From Octopus vulgaris (Eukaryota): a stretch of 64,000 nucleotides of DNA. This document shows, piece by piece, positions 1 to 12,986 of the stretch. The notes beneath the pieces are model-generated. The model ran no database searches, was not told where the DNA came from, and was given only the letters and a program-made list of their open reading frames with translations. The position numbers and the translations under genes were made by a program. The number at the start of each line of letters is the position of its first letter. The first letter of the stretch is position 1. The stretch lies in the NCBI GenBank assembly GCA_951406725.2, contig OX597830.1, forward strand, positions 55,738,001 through 55,802,000. Reading direction: 5' to 3'.

Positions 1-742
1 TGTTGTGAACGAGGTGAACGCGGCGGCTTCTACCCAGTCCAGTGAAGAAAAGAGCGGCGAACTGTGATAGGGCAGAGTTTATAAACACCACACATCTTCC
101 ACCGCTCCATTCCGAAAATCTAGAAAGTGCTGGAAATCTGAGGGGTAAAGAGCTGGAAATATTGCGGGGTGGAAACTAAAAAAAATATAGAAATATCTAG
201 CAAAAACTGGAAATCTGGAGAGAGCGAGAATGAAAGAAAAAAAAATGAAAATCTGGTAAAAAAAAGTATTGGCAAAGAACATGAAAATCTAGAGAGAAAA
301 TCCCGGGAAATCTGGCCAGAGAAAAACTGAAAATCTGGAAACTTCATTCTCTTCATTTTTATTTTTTTGTGTGTTTTATGTTTGCTATTTTCTTCTGGCA
401 TTTTGAACGGAGCTTTTTGTTCAATTTCTTTTATTATTTTTTCATCATCTTTATTTAATTTTAAACAATAAAAACTATATAAAATAAACTTCAAATGACA
501 GTATATATATATATATATATATATATTTATCATGTGATATACCTCTTTTTGTTTTACAGATAATTGTATCATTTAAAAAAAATTTTATTTTATTTTTACC
601 GTTCAATTTTGTTGTTCGTTGGGACATTTAATACTTCTTGTTTGTAAGGTTTACAGGGAGTTCGAACTGCATGAAATGAAAACAGAAAACAAGTTTCTGG
701 GGAAAGAAGATCATTTAAATATTTCATCAACTTTAACAGCGT

Positions 743-1146
743 AGGAGTAGGAGTGGCTGTGTGGTAAGTAGGTTGCTTACCAACCACATGGTTCCGGGTT
801 CAGTCCCACTGCGTGGCACCTTGGGCCAGTGTCTTCTACTATAGCCTCGGGCCAACCAAAGCCTTGTGAGTGAATTTGGTAGACGGAAACTGAAAGAAGC
901 CCGTCGTATATATGTATATATATGTGTGTATATGTTTATGTATCTGTGTCTGTCCCCGCCCCCCAACATCGCTTGACAACTGATGCTGGTGTGTTTACGT
1001 CCCCATAACTTAGCGGTGCGGCAAAAGAGACTGATAGAGAAGTACAAGGCTTACAAAGAATAAGTCGTGGGGTCGATTTGCTCGACTAAAGGCGGTGCTC
1101 CAGCATGGCCACAGTCAAATGACTGAAAGAAGTAAAACTAAAAGAG
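743..1146 (+). mobile_element. tRNA-derived SINE family A (CORE-like domain, internal TA/TG microsatellite), full length
   Basis: A-box TGGCTGTGTGG, B-box GGTTCAGTCCC, CORE-like GCACCTTGGGC(A/C)AGTGTCTT and tail ATGACTGAAA..GTAAAAGAG; more than 10 copies in window. Confidence 0.85.
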
Positions 1147-1487
1147 CAGTTAAATAACGGTTCTTGCACAAGATTTAATAGAGTACGAAATGCAATGATA
1201 TGAAATGCAAAAGACCGAGCTACTAAGGAAGCTATAATGTAACCATTTGACTTACTTGAAATGTTCTCAAATGAATAACAGATTTCTTTTCTTTTCTTTT
1301 TCTTTTTTTCTTTTTTTGGGGGGGGTGAGAGAGTGGTATTTTCTATTTGTTTCTATCTAGAAATCAAAGGAAATGACTACTATTCCCTTCACACGTTACT
1401 TTTGTTTTGAAACTACACTATATTCCATTACATTTCAGACAGGAGAGTTTCAGCGCTGAGTTGCTGGGGCAGAAATATAGTTATAGC

Positions 1488-1554
<67 letters not shown>

Positions 1555-1560
1555 TAATAA

Positions 1561-1712
1561 TAGAACACCTACAAAAATCAATATTACTTGGAACTGCAAG
1601 AATGCTTCGCAATGTTTTGAAGCATGACCAGTAAACAAGTGTCACCTTAGTCTGCTGGCTATGGACAGCTGACACTCCATCTTACCCAGCAAAATAAGCT
1701 GAATTTTCATCA
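1561..1712 (+). mobile_element. 3' end of R4/Dong-like RLE LINE inside (AAT)n
   Basis: Translates EHLQKSILLGTARMLRNVL; UTR matches 41632-41760 (minus); (AAT)n on both sides. Confidence 0.75.
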
Positions 1713-1737
1713 AATAATAATAATGATAATAATAATG

Positions 1738-1788
<51 letters not shown>

Positions 1789-2319
1789 GGTTCTCATGGT
1801 TTCTAATCTTAACTGATTGGAAGTGTTATCATGTACATTGTTTTGTCTTGGTATAAAAGATGGGCTACAGCAAATATTCTGCTCAATACCACAGATTTGC
1901 TTGTCAGTTGTTTGACCTTAACCAGTTGAGCATGTCCCTTAGTGTCTGATGATATGTGCATCTCTGATCACGAGCAGAATAGTGGGGGAGCTTCATAGCC
2001 ATGTGTTGAGAGGGATTCTTTGGGGTTTGAATAATTCACCTCTGGAAACATGGGTGGTTCTTTCAACATCCTTAAACAACCCTTATTCAGGGACGTTTTT
2101 GAGCGGGATGGGCTACTCAACCTGAAGAAATTTCTAACTGGGCCCCACCTGCAAGGTCATGTGCTGTTTATCTTGATATGAGATCACCATGTCGTGCACA
2201 TATGGTTGTGATGCATGTGCCTGGTGTACCCTTATCAGACGGGTAGTCATGATGGGTATATTGGGCTTCGTATATTTTACCCCAGTGTCACTTTGATGGC
2301 ATGAACTGCTCTCTCACTC
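1789..2319 (+). mobile_element. ~530-bp non-coding interspersed repeat flanked by (AAT)n, copy 1
   Basis: Near-identical to 34584-35131, 35415-35850, 40566-41096(-), 54219-54708(-). Confidence 0.85.
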
Positions 2320-2349
2320 AATAATAATAATAATAATAATGATGATGAT

Positions 2350-2543
2350 GGTTTCAAATATTGTCTCAATGGCAGCCATTTTGGAGGGAGAGGAAGACTC
2401 CAGTGTGTAACTGGTACTTATTTCATCGACCCCCGAAAGGATGAAAGGCAAAGTCGACCTCGGCGAAATTTGAACTCAGGACGTGAAGACGGACGAAATG
2501 CCGCTAAGCATATCGCTCGGTGTGCCAACGATTCTGCTAGCTA
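2350..2543 (-). mobile_element. SINE family C (tRNA-like head, Meta-like domain), partial
   Basis: Reverse complement of GAGTTCAAATTCCGCCGAGGTCGACTTTGCCTTTCATCCTTTCGGGGTCGAT. Confidence 0.8.
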
Positions 2544-2544
2544 G

Positions 2545-3620
2545 TCTTTTTATTCTTTTATTAACCACAAGGGCTTATATAAAACAACATAAAATGACAT
2601 GACACAAACATAAACGACGACACAAGACAATACAGTGGATTTTCGAATCGAGTAAACATTATAAAAAAACAATGGAAAATTAAACAAAATAAAATTCCCA
2701 ATAGGGGAAGGCGTTTTAAGGTCCTCATGGAAAAATCCACACGAGCCACGGGTGCCTGATCAACAGGGCAAGATCCCTTCTTTTATTTCTTCACAGGTGT
2801 ACACTCGGAACTGGTCTTTCACACTGGCCATTCTACCAACGTTCACCCACCTTTCAACAAACTTGCTACAAGGCAACACTTCCCTCTCCACCCTCAACTT
2901 CCTTTTCAAAGGAAACTTTAAAAAGTTGATGAGAGCTTAACCAAAGAGGAAAGTGCCTGACTTTAGCCCTTTCAGACGATCCACCATTCTACCTCTTTCG
3001 CTACAGCCACCAGACAAATAAAAATTGCCTGCCCCACCCGGCCAAAGGAAGGCAGCGGGGTAATCTTTTCTTTTTTTATTTACCTCAAAAGGTTTACATT
3101 AAGAAAAACATTGTGGACAGTTCAGGACAAAACAAAGAATGCGTGTGTACCTGTATCAGTGTCTGCTGCGAGGGTTTTGCGTGTAAACAAAGAAAAAAAA
3201 ACAAATTCAACAACTTGTATTCCTTAATAAAGAGGAGACTTTCAAGGGCTGCTCATGGAAAAACCCCATAAAAAACCATGGGCACTCTGTCTTTTGGGAC
3301 AGGTACCTTCTTTTTTTTCTTTCCTTCTCTGAAACCACAGGCGTATGCTCAGGGCAGACCCGTTCACACGCACCATTCTCACCCCTTTCATCCACCTTAC
3401 AGCAAACTGGCCAGAAGACTAGACTTTCGTCTCTATCCCTATTTTCCTTTTCATGTGAAACTTGAAGTCGATTAAGGATTGGCCAAAGAGAAAAGTGTTT
3501 GTCTTCATCCCCTTCAATCTTATCCACCTCAAAACTTCGCCATGGCCACTATGCATATAAAGACAGCCTTTCCTTCTGGTTAAAGGAAGGCGGCAGGGCG
3601 ATCTTCACGATAGATTCAGT
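2545..3620 (-). mobile_element. Degenerate 3' part of a Tx1/L1-like LINE
   Basis: Decayed minus-strand coding sequence ending in an A-rich 3' UTR; Cys-bearing C-terminal region (CERVCPEH); family assigned by resemblance only. Confidence 0.5.
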
Positions 3621-4020
3621 TGACAAACAGAGAAAAAAGATGACTAAAAGTTATTTAAAACCGGAAACGGAGGCTCTAATCCGTACCAAGAGCAAGCACT
3701 AAGAACAAACTAGGTATTCTAATACCTTGTGAGTAAGTTCCGATAGTAATTAAAATTAGTCATTCCAAGTATAGAGTTTATACACAGTGTTGTTGAATGG
3801 AGGGTTTTTATTTTTAAAGTGACCTAAAGGTAGGTCTTTACTTCTTGGTGATCTTTACTTCTTACAGCCGCTTCAATTGATTTAATTAAAAATTCATACA
3901 TTAAATTTGCATTTATGTGACATGGGCATAATTTCATCAGGGTAAAAAAATGTATATCTTGAGATGTTATATGAGAGCCTATCAGTTCATTTCAGCAGAC
4001 TAATATGCTCATCAGTTCAT

Positions 4021-4207
4021 TCTGCTATAGCCTCAGGCTGACGTAAGCCTTGCGAGTAGATTTGGTAGACGGAAACTAAAAGAAGCCCGTCGTATATATA
4101 CGTGCAAGCGTGTGTGTGTATGTGTGTGTGTGCGCGCGCAGGTGTATGTGTGTGTGTGTTTGATTGTGTGTCTGTCCCCCACCACCGTCGCTTGACAACC
4201 GATGCTG
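4021..4207 (+). mobile_element. SINE A fragment
   Basis: Matches 836-990. Confidence 0.8.
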
Positions 4208-4282
4208 ATATACCCGCCAGCTTTCATCAGGTGTCTTGGGGAAATTTCGAACCTGGGTTCTCATTCCTAAGGTATTTTTCGA

Positions 4283-4341
<59 letters not shown>

Positions 4342-4447
4342 GGTCACTGTTTGGAATCGAACTCCGAATCTTGGGGCTTGTAGCCTGCGCTCTTAACGAC
4401 TACGCCATATGCCCGTGCACTACGGTTCGATTCCAAGCAGTGACCTG
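4203..4447 (-). mobile_element. tRNA-headed, (AAT)n-containing, hammerhead-bearing element (3' truncated)
   Basis: Minus strand: tRNA-like head 4414-4342 (TGGCGTAGTCG, GTTCGATTCC), then (AAT)n, then GACAC-CTGATGA; 21-bp inverted copy at 4425-4445. Confidence 0.7.
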
Positions 4448-4552
4448 AAGAAGAAGAAGAAGAAGAAGAAGAAGAAGAAGAAGAAGAAGAAGAAGAAGAA
4501 GAAGAAGAAGAAGAAGAAGAAGAAGAAGAAGAAGAAGAAGAAGAAGAAGAAG

Positions 4553-5416
4553 ATGGTCAGGCCTGTGTGGGATGAAAGATTTCAAAGATAAAGCACTGTA
4601 CAAGCAATTGAAAACGAATGAAACTGAAAGTAGGTGGGTAAAGAAAAGAATGCATGGACAATTTCATACGGATGTTGAAGATAAGACAAATAGAGAAAAA
4701 AGATGAAACGGAGGCTCTAATCCGTGCCAAGAGCAAGCACTAAGAACAAACTACATAAAATACAGAATTGACAACACATCAGAAAGTGATAAGTGCAGAA
4801 TCTGTGGACAAAATAGTGAAACAGTATGGCATATTAGCAGTCAATGTACGCCACTAGCCCAGAAAGAATATAAGAGACGCCACGACAATATAGCAAGACT
4901 TGTCCATTGGACTTGAGCAAAAAATTGGTACGACCACAAACCCGAAGGCATCATCGAAAATGATAATGCAAAGATCCTATGGGATTTTATGATTCAATGC
5001 GACCATGAGAAAGAGAATAGGAAGCCGGACATAGTCTTAATTGAGAAAGAAAGCAAACTATGCTGGATCATAGATATAGCATGCTCAGCTGACAACAAGG
5101 TATGCGATAAGGAGGAAAGAAAAGTCGATAGATGTGACAGGTTAGATTGGTAGGTTAAGCAGTTGTGTTCGATGAAAAAGGTGGTAGTAGTACCAATAAT
5201 TGTCGGAGCCCTAGGAACAATGAGTAAGAATCTTAAGAAGTACATGGAACTAATAGGGGCTGCAATAACGGTGGAGCACTTGTAGAAAACAGCACTGCCT
5301 GGAACCGCTCAAATACTCCGGAAGGTTCTCGAAAAATGAGAGGTGTTACCTTAGTTCACTGGTAATGAACAGCTGACACCGTAGTACATCTCCAGCATTA
5401 GAAGCTGTGCAAAGGC
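4553..5416 (+). pseudogene. R4/Dong-like RLE LINE 3' fragment (CCHC knuckle and restriction-like endonuclease)
   Basis: Frameshifted KCRICGQNSETVWHISSQC, KRRHDNIARLVHW, ILWDF, RKPDIVLIEK..IIDIAC; flanked by (GAA)n and (AAC/AAT)n. Confidence 0.85.
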
Positions 5417-5452
5417 AACAACAACAAGAACAACAACAACAACAATAATAAC

Positions 5453-5523
<71 letters not shown>

Positions 5524-5540
5524 TAATAATAATAACAACA

Positions 5541-5711
5541 ATGAAAAATACCTCAGGAAAGAGAACCCAGGTTCGAAATTTCCGCAAGACGCCTTCTGCA
5601 GAAGGCTGGAGAGTATATCAGCCGAAACGTTGTGTTAACAACAAAGATAAGAACAAATATCCGTCAAATGTAAATAATGTACACAATTTCTCGTCTCTTA
5701 AATATAGAACT
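5541..5711 (+). mobile_element. Hammerhead-bearing tail of the 4203/54770 family
   Basis: CTGCAGA-A-GGCTG..CAGCC-GAAACGTT-GTGTT; homologous to 54925-55104. Confidence 0.7.
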
Positions 5712-5714
5712 GGA

Positions 5715-5780
<66 letters not shown>

Positions 5781-6073
5781 TTTTTGTATTTATATTCATA
5801 TTATTTTTTGTTTTTTGTATTTATAATCGTGTAACATCGTCCGTTTTTCTGTCCTTGTTTCGTATACATTCGATCCTTTTTCCAAGAAATCTAATGCTCG
5901 TAGCTTAGTTTTTCCTTGGGGCTAGCCAGATTGGAGCAATCTCAAGATTAATCAGCCTAAATTGCGAGTATGATCCGGTTCTTGACTGAAGATTAGAGGC
6001 ATCGAATGACCCGTCCGTGTTTTTTGTATCGTCTATTTGAATGTTTTGCGTTCTTGTCCCATTTTGTATTTTT
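5781..6073. repeat. ~290-bp interspersed repeat next to (TA)n
   Basis: Second copy at 31722-32018. Confidence 0.8.
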
Positions 6074-6090
6074 ACATATATATATAAATA

Positions 6091-6989
6091 CGAAAGGAGA
6101 CCCAAAAGAAACCGGAATTTTGCAATATATCTTATTCTCTTAGTTTTGTATGTTGACACTTTTATCGCCTTAAATGTATTCTCCATTTGAAGCAATGCAT
6201 CGATCCAGGAGAATTTTCCATTATTCGAAGCAGTGCTGGAGATCATGTGAAGTGATGCTTTTTAACGCCTCCGTCCTGTTTTTCTGCACCTCTTCCACAT
6301 CTGCAAATTCTGTAGCACCAGCTTTCGTCACCTGTGATGATCTTCGAAAAAAGGGTCCGGATCAACTTCCAGCTGTTCTTTCAGTTCACGTATTCAGCCG
6401 TAACTGCTTTTCATCTTTCGTGAGCAAGCGAGGCACAAATTTTGCCGCAACTCTTTTCATTCACAATTCCTCCCCTCAAAATTCGTTGGCGGGAGCTCCA
6501 AGACACACCAGTCATATCAACAAGTTCGTCAATTCTTCGGTGACGGTCTTCTAAGATCAGTTCATGGATTTTCATGATGTTTTCATTCGTTCGAGAGGTC
6601 GACAGTCGTCTTGTATGGGATTGGCCTTCAAGCGACAAGTGACCATTCCAAAAGCTTGGAAACTACTTGTAAACTAGTGTTATGCTCATGGCAGCATCCT
6701 TGTAAGCTGTTTGAAGCATGACAACTGCCTCGGCCGCCGTTTTCCCCAAGAGGAAACCGAATTTCACGAAAACACGGTTCCTTCATTTCAGCAATCGTAA
6801 AAATCAACGAACAGGAGAGAAACACTGCAAAGCAAAGACGCACCACGTGGCAGTACGAGTTAAACCAACGACGCAAGTCGGCAGACTGATACCTGGGGGT
6901 CGCATCAAGTGGTTTCTAGCAGCGGAAGCCCGAATTATAACAGGTTCGTCCCACAGAAAACGTTTCCGGTTACTTTTGGCTACCCCTCG
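6091..6989 (-). mobile_element. Internally deleted mariner transposon fossil
   Basis: Imperfect TIRs (CGAAAGGAGACCCAAAAGAAACCGGAA / TTCCGGTTACTTTTGGCTACCCCTCG); frameshifted transposase RLSTSRTNENIMKIHELILEDR and RVAAKFVPRLLT. Confidence 0.85.
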
Positions 6990-7985
6990 TGTATATATAT
7001 AAACATAAGCATACACACACACTCCCTAAAATTGGCTCTCCCTTACTATCACGCACATACACAGGCATATATTCATTCATACATAAGTACATAACATAAT
7101 ACACACACACACGCACATATAAACACCTACATATTCACACATACATAACTACATAAATACACACATACCTACACATGCACACATACACACGTATATACAC
7201 ACATACATACATAAATACATACATACTACATACCCATAAATACCTACCATTTACACATACAGTCGCGATATAAAAGAGGCAGCCACCATTTAACTTATCT
7301 CATTTAACACTGTTATCATATGCAACTATAACTAAAAAAAACCGTGTCAATAGATTCATTATAACAAATTATTTACCATTATTTTCGGAGAGGAATTTCA
7401 CGCTTCAACATATATTTTTTTATCCATTCATTTATTTATTTAATTGATGTTTTATGTTGTTTTCGTTTAGGTTTTAGGTTGTTCTTTTCAATTATTATTG
7501 TGTCGTCTGCGGACTTTGGAAGTTGCAAAAAAAAACAAAAAAAGAAACAAATACAAAAAAACAACAAAAATCAACACAATCAAAATTCTTTTGGGATAGT
7601 CGTGAATATTGTTCGATGTAAAGGTTATTGTTTGTCTGTCTGTATGTCACATTAAACCTTTAATTTATAGTTGACACGAACATGCTGACATTATAAACCA
7701 AACAATTTATGTTCGTATTTTGTTTGATTGTTGCATTGTTTCGATTGTTTATTTGTTTAATTCGTTTTTTGTTCCTTTTTGTTCTGGTATTTAGTATTGT
7801 TGCTGCTATTATAGTTATTATTGTTATTGTCGTCATCGTTGTTGTTTTTATTGTTTTGTTTATCAATCCCGTGAAACGGAATTCCACCAAAGACTCTTTT
7901 GAAAAAGGGGCTGTGTAAAAAAAAAACAGGAAAAAAACATAAAGACACTATAGAAGGTTTGATATGGTGATATATAGGGACATAT

Positions 7986-9631
7986 AAGGTGTTCGGTTTA
8001 AATTTGACAGTTGGCATAAAAGGAAAACACGATACACCATCCAAAGATAAAAGGTATTTTTTTTAAAAATCAAAAAAAAAAGAATCAACTAGATTATGGC
8101 TGGGAGATAACAGTTTACTCAAAGTAGCTACCCCTAGCTTCTTCTACGACCTCAATACGATTCCGGAACCTGGTGCATGTGTTCCTCACTGTGTCCATGA
8201 GATTTTCGAACACTTCCTTGATTTTGGTCGCCAGCTTGGCCTTCGTATTACAGGCAGAATGATTTGTACCTTTCTCAACAGCGTCTCATACATAGTACAT
8301 TGGTTTACAATCGGAGGAATTGGGTAAAAGTAAAAGAGTAAAGACCCCCTTCGGTCATGAATGACCATGGGATTGCACCTAGAAAGTTCCCCTTCTGGGT
8401 ACAAGTCCCTCTAAGGTTGTTTATGGAAGACCAGCAGTCGCCCATGTTATCTAAGGGAAAGCCATCGATGTTATCCCAAGGAAAGGCAAAGGGGCCGATA
8501 CAGCTTGGCACCTGTGACGTCGCAACGCATTTCTACAACTGAGTGAACTGGAGCAACGTGAAATAAAGTGTCTTGCTCAAGAACACAATACACAGCCCGG
8601 TCCGGGAATCAGACTCACTACCGCATGATTGTGAACCCGGCATTCTAACCACTGAGCCATGCACCTTCTAAATCGGGGTAATTACGAGGCCAGAAATTGT
8701 GACTGGTGAAGTCATGGAAATTCTCCAACAACTACTTCTGACTCTTTCCAGAGATATGGCAAGGAGCCGAATGCTACTGCCACATATGACCTTCCAGCAG
8801 CAACCTTCTCCAGCCAGAGATTGACCACAGACTCAAGTAGTTTTATATAGCCGTCTGAATTGAGCCTAAGTTTGTGCTCAAACATGTGAGGCGGCATGAC
8901 GTCATCCTCACTGGGGTCGCACCCCAAAGACCATCACAGGTTTGGGGAACTTGGTTTTCATCACACGTTTGCAGGTAAGCTACTTTTTCTGAGTATTGTG
9001 CAACTGATCCTGGCAGAAGTTCTTTTCATTTGAGAGTAACGGGATCATACCTGGCTCAACAAGATACTTCAGATTGTTCGGGATCTCCTTTGCCTTCGTC
9101 ATGCAGTTCTTCTTGGTCTTGGCTGTCAGAATTTATCTCTTGCCCTTTTTGTATGAGTGATAGCGAAGATCCCCATTTAAGGATAGTTTCATGAGAATGA
9201 CGCCGAAATCCATCTCTCTCTTCAAAACCCGGATCCCCTTGCTCGGATCTTGCATCATCTTGTCATGCAGGTATCAGCTGAATTCCGATGTGCAGACAGC
9301 CAGAACGCCTGCCGTACCCCTTCCTGCAGGCCACGGCTTCATAGTCTCCATTACAGCTGTCCACGTCACATCTCACAGCCTTTACAGTGATCACAGGGCA
9401 TTGAGCGGCAGTCGTGATGCTGGCATTTTGATATTCGACTCGAATAATCGTTATACAGGTAACTCTTTTCCTGTTTTCCGATGGCTTCCAGTTCTCCACG
9501 TCAGCTAACTTTTTCTCGACTACATCTTTAATCTTTATGCTCTCCATTGATGTTGTCTGTTCGCCAATACGTCAAGCTGTTCTTTAAAAAAAGAGACATA
9601 AAATTTCGTCAAATTTAGCCCGAACACCCAG
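7986..9631 (-). mobile_element. DD37D (maT-like) transposon fossil interrupted by a SINE
   Basis: TIRs GGTGTTCGGTTTAAATTTGAC / GTCAAATTTAGCCCGAACACC; DDVMPPHMFEHKLRLNSDGYIKLLE..LEKVAAGRSYV is homologous to 30831-31688. Confidence 0.75.
8325..8668 (-). mobile_element. tRNA-derived SINE family D
   Basis: Minus head TGGCTCAGTGGTTAGAATG..ATTCCCGGACC followed by TTGTGTTCTTGAGCAAGACACTT. Confidence 0.65.
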
Positions 9632-10379
9632 GAATTTATTTACAATATTTTACATATATTTACAATTCAAAATGGCCGCCCTTTGCTTTCGCCAAAGTCC
9701 TCAATTCTTTAAACCAGTTATTTTCAATGCTACAATTTGTTCACGTTCTGTTTGAGTTATCATATTTAAATAAGGCTAAACAAAAAAGGAAGGGTGTTAG
9801 GAAGCTTTATATATTTGCGACTGTTTTTGCGATAAGAGTCTTTCAATTTATGCTTGAATAATGGGTAAATTATTGTTGCCATAACGTGTAACTACATATG
9901 CTGCATCCGGTATGTGCATGTGTATGTGTGTATGAGGAAAAGAAGACAGGGTGGACTCACACATATACACACGCAAATAGAAAAACATGCATATACACAC
10001 AAATACGCTTACGTGAGCGTACGCGCGCACACACACATATCCACACAAGCAAACGTCTTAAGAGAACCATTGTGTGTGTAAAGATATTGAATAAAAACGT
10101 GCTTTATCTTTTCACAAAACTGTAATGTTATTATATAAACTGTGTTGTCATTCAATGTAATGTCGATGTCGATGAACAAACAAATCAAAATATTATTTAA
10201 TTACTTGGCGCAAATATTTATGGCATTTAAACGATACGTGGTAGTTTTTTTTTAATGTGACCTTTATTTTTTTTTCTTTTCTCCCTCACTAAAACGTACA
10301 TACATATGTACGTACGTACGTACGTACATAGATGTATATGTGTGTATGTATGTGTATATACACACACATACACACATAC

Positions 10380-10450
<71 letters not shown>

Positions 10451-10579
10451 TTGTTATATTTCGGAATGGTCATTTTGCCAGTTTAGCCAATAAATGTATA
10501 AACGTATATATAAATATATATGTATATATATGTATGTATGTATATGTATATGTATATGTATATATATATATGGATGCAC

Positions 10580-10662
<83 letters not shown>

Positions 10663-10684
10663 ATGTATATGTGTATATATATAT

Positions 10685-10907
10685 AACAAATAATTAAGGA
10701 ATGACCCTGAGAAGGTCGTTCGACTCACTTGAAAAGAGCAGCTAAACTCAAAACCGCAAAAATAGTAGTAATTCTGAAACTAGAGGAGAAATAAAAACAT
10801 TTATCCCTCTAGTTTCAGAATTACTACTATTTTTGCGGTTTTGAGTTTAGCTGCTCTTTTCAAGTGAGTCGAACGACCTTCTCAGGGTCATTCCTTAATT
10901 ATTTGTT
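10685..10907. repeat. Perfect 102-bp inverted repeat with 19-nt spacer, between (TA)n tracts
   Basis: 10685-10786 is the reverse complement of 10806-10907. Confidence 0.95.
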
Positions 10908-11000
10908 GAATATATTATATAGTCTGTGACTATCTCTATTATCTCACTTGACCGCTGGTTGCAGAAAATTTTTCTTGAATTTTTTGTTACCCTTATATTG

Positions 11001-11067
<67 letters not shown>

Positions 11068-11239
11068 CTAAGTGACTGGGTTTTGAAAGTTATAGGCCTC
11101 GGTCAGAGACGTGCACATGATTGAAGCGGGCTTTGGGACCTTGTGTCTTACCCACTTTCTTTTCAGTATAAAATCACGTACGGTTCACACATATAGTCGC
11201 CATTAGGTAAAGACTGAGGTAATATGTTTATTATCTCTA

Positions 11240-12230
11240 AGGTGGCAAATGCGGCAAGCTAGCAGAACCTTTAGCACGCCGAACGAAATGCATAGCACCA
11301 TTTCGCCTGTCATTGCGTTCTGAGTTCAAATGCCGCCGAGGCCAACTTTTCCTTTCATCATTTGGGGGTCGATAAATTAAGTACTGGAGTCGATATAATC
11401 GACAAACCCCTTCCCCAAATTACAGGCTTTGTCCCTATAGTAGAAAGGATTATTACTAGCAGAATCGTTACCACGCCAGGCAAAATGCTTAGCGGTTTTT
11501 CGTCTGCCGTTACGCTGTGAGTTCAAATTCCGCTGAGGTCGACTTTGCCTTTCATCCTTTCGGGGTCGATTAAATAAGTACCAGTTACGCACTGGGGTCG
11601 AAATAATCGACTTAATCCGTTTGTCTGTCCTTGTTTATCCCCTCTGTGTTCAGCCCCTTGTGGGTAGTAAAGAAATAGGTATTTCGTCTATCTTTACGTT
11701 TTGGGTTCAAATTCCACCGAGGTCGACTTTGACTTTCATCCTTTCGTGGTCGATAAATTAAGTACCAGTTACGCACTTGGATCCATGTAATCGACTTAAT
11801 CCCTTTGTATGTCCTTGTTTGTCCCCTCTATGTTTAGCCCCTTGTGCGCAATAAAGAAATAACAATCGTTAGCACGCCAGGCAAAATGCTTAGCGGCATT
11901 TCGTCTATCTTTACGTTTTGAGTTCAAATTCCACCAAAGTCGACTTTGCCTTTCATCCTTTCGAGTTAGTTAAAACAGTTACCAGTGAAACCCTGGGGTC
12001 GATGTAATCGACTAGTTCTCTCCTCACAAATTTCAGGTCTTATGCCTTTCGTAGAAAGGGTTATTATTTAAGGCGGCAAGCTGACAGAATCGTTAGCACA
12101 CCGGACAAAATGCCTAGCAGCATTTGGTCCGTCTTCTCGTTTAAATACCGCCGAGATTGACTTTTCCTTTCATCCTTTAGGGGTTGGTAAAATAAGAACT
12201 AGTTGAATATTGGAGTCGACGTAATCGAAT
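11240..12230 (+). mobile_element. Tandem array of about five SINE C units
   Basis: GAGTTCAAATTCC..GTCGACTTTGCCTTTCATCCTTTCG recurs near 11320, 11520, 11705, 11920 and 12150. Confidence 0.85.
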
Positions 12231-12411
12231 ATTGGAGCACCGACTTTAGTCGAGCAAATCGACCCAACGACTTATTCTTTGTAAGCCTAGTACTTATTCT
12301 ATCGGTCTCTTTTGCCGAACCGCTAAGTTACTGGGACGTATAGACACCAGCATCGGTTGTCAAGCGATGTTGGGGGGACAAACACAGAGACACAAACATA
12401 TACACACACGT

Positions 12412-12483
<72 letters not shown>

Positions 12484-12695
12484 ATGAATGTATGTATGTA
12501 TATATATATATATACATACATACATACATACATACATACGATGGGCTTTATTCAGTTTCCGTCTACCAAATACACTCACAAGGCTTTGGTCGGCCCGAGG
12601 CTATAGTAGAAGACGCTTGTCCAAGGTGCCACGCAGTGGGACTGAACCAGGAACCATTTGGTTCGTAAGCAAGCTACTTACCGCACTGCCACTCC
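12231..12695 (-). mobile_element. SINE A
   Basis: Reverse complement of 743-1146. Confidence 0.85.
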
Positions 12696-12986
12696 TTTTG
12701 TGTAAAACACTCTATTTCTCGTTGATCTGCAATCACTTTGATTTCCGTGCGCCTGCACATGTGATGTTGTTTTGTTGACGGGGGTGAGATAAATCATCTG
12801 TGCAGGTTGTTTGGCAAGAAGCTTTGGAACCTTCATCCATTGTCTACGACAGGAAAGTTCACGCGTACCCATAAGGATTCCAAGGTTATTTTGAAAAAAA
12901 GTAAAAAAATATATATATTCATGCATACAGAAACGCAGAAGACCTTTGCGTATCGCACTTTTAATTTATCGTTCTTATATTTTCTA

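Noticed and set aside
5985-6016. CTGAAGA..GAAT in the 290-bp repeat
   Set aside because: No GAAA or stem I; not conserved in the second copy
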